Source: Christensenellaceae bacterium (GTDB lineage Bacteria > Bacillota > Clostridia > Christensenellales > UBA1242). Taken from it: 64,000 bases of DNA. The stretch spans positions 11,276-75,275 of the forward strand of contig JAISHI010000014.1 in NCBI GenBank assembly GCA_031262595.1, given 5' to 3'. The position numbers and the translations under genes were made by a program. Every line of letters begins with the position of its first letter. The first letter of the stretch is position 1. The notes below the pieces were generated by a model, which was given only the letters and a program-made list of their open reading frames with translations, did no database searches and was not told the DNA's origin. Shown here piece after piece: positions 1 through 6,823 of the stretch.

Positions 1-669
1 GCGGTTGCGGCTTAGATATTCCGCGACGCATTTATCGACAGTTCGCGCGGTTATCTCGGGCCAAAAGGATTTTATAAAAAGAAACTCGCTGTATGCCATT
101 TGCCAAAGCATAAAATTACTGATGCGCTGCTCGCCGCTCGTTCGGACAACAAGGTCGGGCGCGGGTAAGTTCGCGCCGTATAAATTGCGCGTTATAGCCT
201 CTTCGGTTATCGTTTTTGCGCCGCCCGAAATCGCTAAGTTAGCCGCGCGAACGATATCCGCGCGCCCGCCGTAATTTACGCAAAGATTTAAGATTATCGT
301 TTTATTATTCTTCGTTTCGTCGCAAACTTTTTTTATTATGCCCCTCATCTCATCGTCGAACACCGAAATATCGCCCATAGTTCTAACCGAAACGCCGAAT
401 TTTTGAAGTTTCGGCAACATTTCGGGCAGGCTAGTTTTAACAATATTAAAAATGTCGTCGATTTCGGCTTGTTCGCGATTCCAATTCTCCGTCGAGAACG
501 CGAAAACGGAAACGACTTCGATATTATGAAAAATACATCGTTTTACGACATCTAAAATTTTATTAAACCCAATTTTATGACCAACCGCACGCGAAAAGCC
601 CTTAGTTTTTGCCCATCTTCGGTTGCCGTCCATTATAAATGCAATGTGCCGAAGTGGTTTTTTAGTCAT
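1..669 (-). CDS. uppS: undecaprenyl-diphosphate synthase (isoprenyl transferase); 3' end runs off the window
   Basis: Absent from the ORF track because there is no stop inside the window. My translation from the ATG at 669 gives MTKKPLRHIAFIMDGNRRWAKTKGFSRAVGHKIGF...FAFSTENWNR. DGNRRWA and FSTENW are UPPS signatures. I checked that the frame stays open to base 1. Confidence 0.85.
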   Translation of the reverse strand, partial: MTKKPLRHIAFIMDGNRRWAKTKGFSRAVGHKIGFNKILDVVKRCIFHNIEVVSVFAFSTENWNREQAEIDDIFNIVKTSLPEMLPKLQKFGVSVRTMGDISVFDDEMRGIIKKVCDETKNNKTIILNLCVNYGGRADIVRAANLAISGGAKTITEEAITRNLYGANLPAPDLVVRTSGEQRISNFMLWQMAYSEFLFIKSFWPEITARTVDKCVAEYLSRNR

Positions 670-674
670 TAAAA

Positions 675-1250
675 TTAAATCTCCATTATTTCGCTTTCTT
701 TTTTCGCTAAGAGTTTATCAACCGTCGCAATATAACTGTCGAGTTGCTTTTGGATGTCCGTTTCGATACTTTTAACGTCGTCCTCGCTGAGTTTTTCGGC
801 GGTTTTAATCTTTTTAATCGCGTCCATAACGTTGCGACGATCGTTTCGCATAGTAATTCGCGTTTCTTCCGCGATTTTGCGAACTTGTTTCGCGAGTTCT
901 TTTCGGCGTTCCTCAGTTAGTTGCGGGAAAATCATGCGAATAACGCGCCCATCGTCGATTGGATTTGTGCCGAGTTCAGCCTTCGAAAGCGCACGGCTTG
1001 CTTCTCTAAGTATTGCCGTATCCCAAAGATTTATAACAATGGTTCGGGCGTCGGAACAAGAGATATTCGCCAAGTTTTTAAGCGGCGTCGGCGTTCCGAA
1101 ATATTCGACGGAAACGCGCTCGACTATCCCCGTATTAACCCGACCGGCGCGGATGAGCGCAAACTCGTGCGAAAGATGTTCGCTGCGGTTCGCGAGGTTG
1201 TCCTCGAATTCGAGCATCGCGATGTTAACTGCTTCACTTAAATAATCCAT
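675..1250 (-). CDS. frr: ribosome recycling factor
   Basis: ORF 675..1307 reads as RRF (...VEYFGTPTPLKNLANISCSDARTIVINLWD...). I prefer the ATG at 1250 (MDYLSEAV..., 191 aa, normal RRF length) over the TTG at 1307. The start is uncertain. Confidence 0.85.
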   Translation of the reverse strand: MDYLSEAVNIAMLEFEDNLANRSEHLSHEFALIRAGRVNTGIVERVSVEYFGTPTPLKNLANISCSDARTIVINLWDTAILREASRALSKAELGTNPIDDGRVIRMIFPQLTEERRKELAKQVRKIAEETRITMRNDRRNVMDAIKKIKTAEKLSEDDVKSIETDIQKQLDSYIATVDKLLAKKESEIMEI

Positions 1251-1310
1251 ACTTTTATATATCATAATGCGCGCGAAGTTGGCAAATTGTTTTTTGTTCG
1301 CGCGCAATTT

Positions 1311-2357
1311 TTAAGTTATCCGAACCTCCGCGCGGGTGAAATTCATTCCGCAAAACGTTTCACAGGCACAAATGCCCGTCGCCGCGGCGATATCCATAAC
1401 GCGCTGCCCTTTTTCGTTTGAAATGATGACGACGGACTTCCCGAGTGGTTTTTTTATCTCCCTCACGTCGACGAAAAAATAATCCATGCAAACGCGCCCT
1501 AGAACCCGAACGGGTTTTCCGTCGACCGTAACGAAATTTGTCCCTTTATATTTAAAATTTACGATATCCGCATACCCGCAAGCGACGACGCCGATTCGCA
1601 TAGTTTCAGGCGCGATAAAAGTTCCGTCATACCCAACGCTCTCCCCTTTTTTAAGCGTTTTAACGACGACAATCTCCCCCGAAATTTTAACGGCAGTCTT
1701 ATAACCGCCGTATCCGCCGTAAAGCAGTTTCCCGACGCGAACCATATCGAATTGGCATTCGGGTATTTCGGAGGTTCCGCTCGCGGCGAAATGAATAAGG
1801 GCGCTTGGATAAAAATTTTTAAAAAACCTAACGAAAGCGTTAAACTTATTTAGCGTTTCCTTAACTTTTTGCGGATTATCCGCCTCAAACGGGCAATGCG
1901 AATAAAGCCCCTCAACGCTTATAAGCGGACTTCCCTGGCAAATCTCAATCAACTTTTTTAGTTGTAAAATACTTTTTAAGCCGAACCGGTTCATTCCGCA
2001 GTCGACTTTTATATGAACGCGGGCTGGGCGGTTTTTTGCGGCGAGTTTAAGGAGTTCCGCACTACTGCCGATTGTAATTATTCCGCCGAGGTTAATCGCG
2101 GTTTCGTAATCCTCGCAAACGCCGAGAAGGAGAACATCTTTCGTTATGCCCGCCGTTCGAAGGTTCGCAAGCTCCCGCGTTTTAACGACGGCAAAACAAT
2201 CGACCTTATCGTTTAAAAGCCGCGATATAATCTTATCACCGAGCGAATAAGCGTTCGCCTTAACAACCGCGCAAATCTTAACGCCGCGCCTTAATTTCCC
2301 GCGTAATTGTTTTATGTTGTCGTAAATTGCGCTCCGCGATATTTCTGCTTTTATCAT
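1311..2357 (-). CDS. alr: alanine racemase
   Basis: 348 aa. Contains the PLP-lysine motif AVVKANAYSLG and shows overall Alr-like N-barrel/C-domain similarity. Confidence 0.8.
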   Translation of the reverse strand: MIKAEISRSAIYDNIKQLRGKLRRGVKICAVVKANAYSLGDKIISRLLNDKVDCFAVVKTRELANLRTAGITKDVLLLGVCEDYETAINLGGIITIGSSAELLKLAAKNRPARVHIKVDCGMNRFGLKSILQLKKLIEICQGSPLISVEGLYSHCPFEADNPQKVKETLNKFNAFVRFFKNFYPSALIHFAASGTSEIPECQFDMVRVGKLLYGGYGGYKTAVKISGEIVVVKTLKKGESVGYDGTFIAPETMRIGVVACGYADIVNFKYKGTNFVTVDGKPVRVLGRVCMDYFFVDVREIKKPLGKSVVIISNEKGQRVMDIAAATGICACETFCGMNFTRAEVRIT

Positions 2358-2385
2358 AAGTTTTAATATGTTAAAATCCTAATAT

Positions 2386-2886
2386 ATGCGCATAATTTCG
2401 GGAAAATTTAAGGGAAAACAACTAAAAGAAGTCGGCGACGGAACGCGCCCGACGCGGGATTTTGTTCGCGAGAACGTTTTTAATATCTTAGGTTCGCGAG
2501 TTATCGGCGCGGAAGTCCTCGATTGTTTCGCGGGGACGGGCGCTTACGGAATCGAGGCGATAAGTAGGGGCGCGAAAAACGCAACGTTTTTCGATATAAA
2601 TCCGCGGGCTTGCGATATAATCCGCGCTAACCTTAAAAATATAAATGAAAAACAAGAAGTTAAATGCAAAAACTTTATAACCGCGAAAATCGAGAAGAAA
2701 TTCGATATAATCTTTATTGACCCGCCTTACGACAGCGGGCTTTACGAAAAAACCATTCAAAAAATCGAAAAGCAAAGCCTTTTAAAAGACGGTGGCATTA
2801 TCGTTATCGAAACCCCGCGCGATTTTAATATCGAAAATTCTAGCCGAACGGTATTTTATGGGTCAAGCGCGGTTCATTTCATCTAA
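2386..2886 (+). CDS. rsmD: 16S rRNA (guanine966-N2)-methyltransferase RsmD family
   Basis: 166 aa. Has the AdoMet-binding stretch LDCFAGTGAYGIEAISRG and the DPPY motif (FIDPPYDSG). Confidence 0.8.
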   Translation: MRIISGKFKGKQLKEVGDGTRPTRDFVRENVFNILGSRVIGAEVLDCFAGTGAYGIEAISRGAKNATFFDINPRACDIIRANLKNINEKQEVKCKNFITAKIEKKFDIIFIDPPYDSGLYEKTIQKIEKQSLLKDGGIIVIETPRDFNIENSSRTVFYGSSAVHFI

Positions 2887-2889
2887 CAA

Positions 2890-2995
2890 GTTTCGCGCGA
2901 ATTTTCGAGGCAGAAAGCGACTTCTTTCGCGGGAAGTTTAGTAACCTAAACGACCAAGAAAAACAGGCGCTTTATGACCGAAAAGACGCCGAAAC
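2890..2995. repeat. copy A of a ~105-nt structured intergenic repeat, ending directly at the secA stop codon
   Basis: About 80% identical by hand alignment to 11396..11500. It is bounded by GTTTCG...CGAAAC and contains hairpins GAAAG/CTTTC, GTTTAG-taac-CTAAAC and GGCG...CGCC. On the minus strand the last hairpin is followed by TGTTTTTC. Confidence 0.7.
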
Positions 2996-5656
2996 TTATT
3001 TCGCGCCGCAGCAGTTTTTGTATTTTTTGCCCGACCCACAAGGACAAGGGTCGTTGCGGTCGGGTTGTTTTTGGCGCGCATCGGTTTTAACTGTTCCTTG
3101 CGGCATTGCGAAAGCTGGCTTTCGAACCGGCATCGGCGTAGCGCGATGAACTTCAACGTTAACCTTAAATAGGAAGAGCGCGACGTCGTTGTTTATGCTC
3201 TCAATCATGTTATTGAACATAACGATTGCCTCGCGGCGGTATTCTATAAGCGGGTCTTTTTGCCCATAACCGCGCAGCCCAATCCCCGAGCGCAGTTGCA
3301 TCATCGCGTCGATATGGTCAGTCCATTTTTTATCAACGATTTGCAGTAGAATATCGCGTTCGATTTTCTTAAAATCAATGCCGTTTTCTTTAACTTTTTC
3401 GATTTTCTCTTCGTATTTTTCCGTCATCGCGTCGAGTATCATGCCCTCGACTTCGTCTGGCGTTGCGTCAAGCGTATTTTCCGCGGTTAAATATTGAACC
3501 TCTTCTCCGAAAAGTTTCGAGCCTAAAACTTGGTTGGCTTTTTCTAAATCCCATTCCCGATAAGTTAACGAATAATCAATCGCCTCGCGCGTTATTTTAG
3601 AAACGATATCTGGGAAGAATTGTAAAATTTGCTCATGGACATCAACGCCGTCGAGGATTCGGTTGCGTTCTTTATAAATGAGTTCGCGTTGGTCGTTCAT
3701 AACGTTATCGTATTGGAAAGTATTGCGCCGCGCGTCGAAATAAAAGCCCTCAACACGTTTTTGAACGCGCTCGAAAAGGTTTGTCATAAGACGGCTTTGA
3801 ACGTCGTCGAGGTTCATGAAACGCATTGCCCCGCCGATAACGTCTTTCCCAAACCGTTTAATAATCTCGTCCTCGCAAGAAATATAGAAAATACTCGAAC
3901 CCGGGTCGCCTTGTCGGCCCGCACGCCCGCGTAATTGGTTGTCGATTCGGCGGCTGTCGTGGCGTTCCGTTCCGATAATATGAAGCCCGCCGAGTTCTTG
4001 GACTTCGAGTTTCTCTTCGTTAGTTATCTTTTTAAACTTATCGTAATGCTCTTTAAAGCGTTTTCGAAGGCTAAGAATTTCTTCGTTATCCGTATCCGCG
4101 AAACTTGTTGCGTCCGCGATTTGAACGGCGTCGAGCCCTTCCTTTTCGAGCGCTTGGCGCGCCAAATAGTCAGGGTTTCCGCCGAGTAAAATATCCGTTC
4201 CGCGCCCCGCCATGTTCGTCGCAATCGTAACTGCGCCGAGTTTACCCGCTTGCGCAACGATATCCGCCTCTTGTTCGTGGTTTTTCGCGTTAAGAACGGT
4301 ATGCGGAATGCCTTTTTGTTTAAGATAACGGCTGATTTGTTCGCTCTTATCGATTGTTGTCGTTCCGATTAAAACGGGTTGCTTGCGTTCGAAGCGATAT
4401 ATAACGTCCTCGTAAATCGCGGACAACTTCCCGTCCATGTTTTGGAAAATAACGTCCGGCGCATCGTCGCGAACTGTCGTTCTATTAGTTGGGATACAAA
4501 CAACATCGACGCCGTAGATTTTTTGGAACTCAGTTTCTTCGGTTTTCGCGGTTCCTGTCATGCCCGAGAGTTTTTTATAGAGTTTAAAGAGGTTTTGGAT
4601 TGTTATCGTTGCGATTGTTTTGTCTTCGTTCTTAATTTTAACGCCTTCTTTAGCCTCAATCGCTTGGTGAAGCCCGTCGCTATAACGGCGCCCAACCATC
4701 GCGCGACCTGTGTTTTGGTCAACGATTAAAATCTCGCCATCTTTCGAAACTAAATAATCCGCGCCGTCGATAAAAACGTGATGCGCACGGAGGGCGTTAT
4801 CGATGAAATGGTTAAGTTCCATGTTCTCTGCGCTGGAAATATTATCAAGCCCAAACGCACGCTCGGCTTTCGCGATACCTTCTTCCGTTAGGCGAACTGC
4901 GCGCTCTTTAAGGTCAATTTCATAGTCGTCGTCTTTAAGCGTTCGGACGAATTTATCACAAACCTTATAAAGGTCGCTATTGTCTTTTGTTGGCGCACTC
5001 ATAATAAGCGGCGTTCGGCTTTCGTCGATTAAAATACTATCAACCTCGTCGACAATCGCGAAGTTAAGCCCGCGAAGGCAACGCGCGTCCTTGCTGTGGG
5101 CGCAATTATCGCGCAAATAATCGAAACCAACCTCGCTTGACGTTACATAAGTTATGTCACAAGCATAGGCTTTTTGTTTTTCCGTTCCATGCGTATGCGC
5201 GCGGGATAAACCAACAGTCAGCCCTAAAAACCTATGAACCTTACCCATCCATTCGCTGTTTCGGCGGGCGAGATATTCGTTAACTTCGACGATATGAACG
5301 CCGTTTCCTTTAAGTGCGTTTAAGTAAGCCGGCATAGTCGAAACAAGCGTCTTACCCTCACCCGTTTTCATCTCGGCGATACGGCCTTGGTGCAAGCAAA
5401 TTCCGCCCATGATTTGAACCGGATATGCCCGTTGCCCTAAAACGCGCCAACCCGCCTCGCGAACGGTCGCGAACGCCTCCGGCAAAATATCGTCGAGCGT
5501 TTCGCCCTTCGAGAGTCGCTGCTTAAACGTCGCGGTCATGCCTATAAGTTCGGCGTCGGTTTTCGCCTTATAAACTTCCTCTAAATCTAAGACTTTATCC
5601 GCGATTCGCGAAATTTTCTTTAAATGTCTTGCGTTGTCGTTTCCAAATAATCCCAT
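2996..5656 (-). CDS. secA: preprotein translocase ATPase SecA
   Basis: 886 aa with full-length SecA similarity and the C-terminal zinc finger CPCGSGKKYKNCCG. Confidence 0.97.
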   Translation of the reverse strand: MGLFGNDNARHLKKISRIADKVLDLEEVYKAKTDAELIGMTATFKQRLSKGETLDDILPEAFATVREAGWRVLGQRAYPVQIMGGICLHQGRIAEMKTGEGKTLVSTMPAYLNALKGNGVHIVEVNEYLARRNSEWMGKVHRFLGLTVGLSRAHTHGTEKQKAYACDITYVTSSEVGFDYLRDNCAHSKDARCLRGLNFAIVDEVDSILIDESRTPLIMSAPTKDNSDLYKVCDKFVRTLKDDDYEIDLKERAVRLTEEGIAKAERAFGLDNISSAENMELNHFIDNALRAHHVFIDGADYLVSKDGEILIVDQNTGRAMVGRRYSDGLHQAIEAKEGVKIKNEDKTIATITIQNLFKLYKKLSGMTGTAKTEETEFQKIYGVDVVCIPTNRTTVRDDAPDVIFQNMDGKLSAIYEDVIYRFERKQPVLIGTTTIDKSEQISRYLKQKGIPHTVLNAKNHEQEADIVAQAGKLGAVTIATNMAGRGTDILLGGNPDYLARQALEKEGLDAVQIADATSFADTDNEEILSLRKRFKEHYDKFKKITNEEKLEVQELGGLHIIGTERHDSRRIDNQLRGRAGRQGDPGSSIFYISCEDEIIKRFGKDVIGGAMRFMNLDDVQSRLMTNLFERVQKRVEGFYFDARRNTFQYDNVMNDQRELIYKERNRILDGVDVHEQILQFFPDIVSKITREAIDYSLTYREWDLEKANQVLGSKLFGEEVQYLTAENTLDATPDEVEGMILDAMTEKYEEKIEKVKENGIDFKKIERDILLQIVDKKWTDHIDAMMQLRSGIGLRGYGQKDPLIEYRREAIVMFNNMIESINNDVALFLFKVNVEVHRATPMPVRKPAFAMPQGTVKTDARQKQPDRNDPCPCGSGKKYKNCCGAK

Positions 5657-5730
5657 ACAACTTAATTATAGCGCAAATGGCTCTATGAATACAACAATAA
5701 TTTTTCGCCACGCGGATTGAGAAATTATTA

Positions 5731-5760
5731 TTGACCCAACACACAGAGTTGTGTTATTTT
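5731..5760 (+). promoter_or_regulatory. putative sigma-A promoter of the islet (TTGACC-18-TGtTATTTT) with a palindrome in the spacer
   Basis: TTGACC at 5731-5736 and extended -10 TGtTATTTT at 5752-5760. The spacer contains AACACAcagagtTGTGTT. Confidence 0.4.
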
Positions 5761-5765
5761 TATTT

Positions 5766-5920
5766 CGGTCAAGCACTATACATAAATCTTGTCGGTAAAC
5801 GGAGATTTGTTTTTGCCAATTCTGGCGGAACTTCTCACTTCGTTTACCGAAGTTTAGTGCTTGACCGCATTGGGAGGTTTAGCCATATTGGACTGTGCCT
5901 CCCGCAAGGGAGGCACTTTT
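5766..5920 (+). promoter_or_regulatory. unclassified structured 5' leader: long composite hairpin plus anti-sequestor/terminator-sequestor switch
   Basis: A 13-bp perfect stem (5766-5778/5855-5867) encloses a 9-bp perfect stem (5793-5801/5841-5849). GGGAGG at 5872-5877 competes with GGGAGG at 5908-5913 for CCTCCC at 5898-5903. Confidence 0.5.
5895..5920 (+). terminator. intrinsic terminator / SD-sequestering hairpin
   Basis: GTGCCTCCC-GCAA-GGGAGGCAC followed by TTTT. The 3' arm contains the GGAGG located 8 nt before the ATG at 5922. Confidence 0.6.
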
Positions 5921-5921
5921 A

Positions 5922-6479
5922 ATGAAAAAAGTTTTACGAACGTTAATAGTTTTAATCATCGTATTGTGTGCGCCGTTGATGTTGGTAGCGTGTGAAGGCA
6001 AGCAATCTTTTGCCAAACATAAAGGTATCTACACATTAACATCTATTGATGTTGTCGTTACAGATTTAGGGGGTCTAGGGAAAAAAGGAGGTCTCCAATA
6101 CTTCAATGATGTCCTCAAGTGGAACATCTTACAACATGCAAGAAGTGTTTGTGCAGGCGGATTTCTTGCAATTACTGACGACGGGAAATTCATAACAAAA
6201 ATATTCACCTTCGATAATGCCTATTCTGGAGTTTTGCAAACCATTCCAACTGGTGGTATTGGAAGCGATTTTGTTATCGGGGAAGAATATATAACATTCT
6301 ATGAATATAATAACAACCAACAACGAGTGCCATACCTACAGTTACAATATAGTGCAAATAAAATAGTCTACACGATTGATGACCCGTATACTCTAGGTGT
6401 ATGGTCAGGGGATACAGAAGGTGCTGAATATAGTTATGTATTAACATTTACAAAAGAAATCACTTCAATTAGTGTATAA
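5922..6479 (+). CDS. lipoprotein of unknown function (185 aa)
   Basis: Signal peptide with lipobox MKKVLRTLIVLIIVLCAPLMLVAC|EG. The GGAGG SD sits 8 nt upstream. CpG-poor composition, unlike the flanking genes. The 5895 start in the ORF track lies inside the terminator hairpin, so I reject it. Confidence 0.7.
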   Translation: MKKVLRTLIVLIIVLCAPLMLVACEGKQSFAKHKGIYTLTSIDVVVTDLGGLGKKGGLQYFNDVLKWNILQHARSVCAGGFLAITDDGKFITKIFTFDNAYSGVLQTIPTGGIGSDFVIGEEYITFYEYNNNQQRVPYLQLQYSANKIVYTIDDPYTLGVWSGDTEGAEYSYVLTFTKEITSISV

Positions 6480-6492
6480 AAGGAGAATAAAA

Positions 6493-6783
6493 ATGAAAGA
6501 TATAATTACAGGGGATCAAAAAATATACAGGACCGACAAAGAAGTATTGTGTGTATGCATAATTGACCGTAGAACGCAAAAGCAGGACACATATGAGGTC
6601 GATTATGACGCAGAGAGAGATTTGCAACCGGTCATAATGGAAACGCAAAGCGCACAGGTCACCATCGGAGAAAAGTATCGTTGGGATTATTATACAAACC
6701 TACACCCGCAAGAACTTCCCGTATATATCCAAAATATTGCTTTGTCTGATATTACACCGAAGGTTTGCATTATAAAATCATAG
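6493..6783 (+). CDS. hypothetical protein (96 aa)
   Basis: AAGGAG SD lies upstream of the ATG at 6493 (MKDIITGDQKIYRTDKE...). It shares the CpG-poor composition of the preceding gene. I recognise no family. Confidence 0.55.
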   Translation: MKDIITGDQKIYRTDKEVLCVCIIDRRTQKQDTYEVDYDAERDLQPVIMETQSAQVTIGEKYRWDYYTNLHPQELPVYIQNIALSDITPKVCIIKS

Positions 6784-6785
6784 TG

Positions 6786-6815
6786 TTGCAAAAGCGCGGG
6801 GGTTTACTATATAAT
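6786..6815 (+). promoter_or_regulatory. putative valS promoter TTGCAA-18-TATAAT, 8 nt from the ATG (leaderless geometry)
   Basis: TTGCAA at 6786-6791, TATAAT at 6810-6815, ATG at 6824. There is no SD. Confidence 0.45.
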
Positions 6816-6823
6816 AGAGAATT

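Noticed and set aside
2938-3156. 72-aa minus-strand ORF overlapping repeat copy A and the 3' end of secA.
   Set aside because: It lies in an alternative frame over the secA coding sequence. It has no RBS and no equivalent ORF at repeat copy B, so it is a spurious shadow ORF.
5766-5920. Possible T-box riboswitch: a long Stem-I-like hairpin, a GTT valine codon in the 3' internal loop, a TGGGAGG...CCTCCC antiterminator-like pairing, and valS downstream.
   Set aside because: The 14-nt T-box core (..GGGUGGNACCGCG) is not matched (TGGGAGGTTTAGCC). I found no K-turn/GA motif, no AGUA S-turn and no distal T-loop motifs. The codon is not followed by the conserved purine in a proper specifier loop. 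The leader is too short. The regulated gene is a lipoprotein, not an aaRS.
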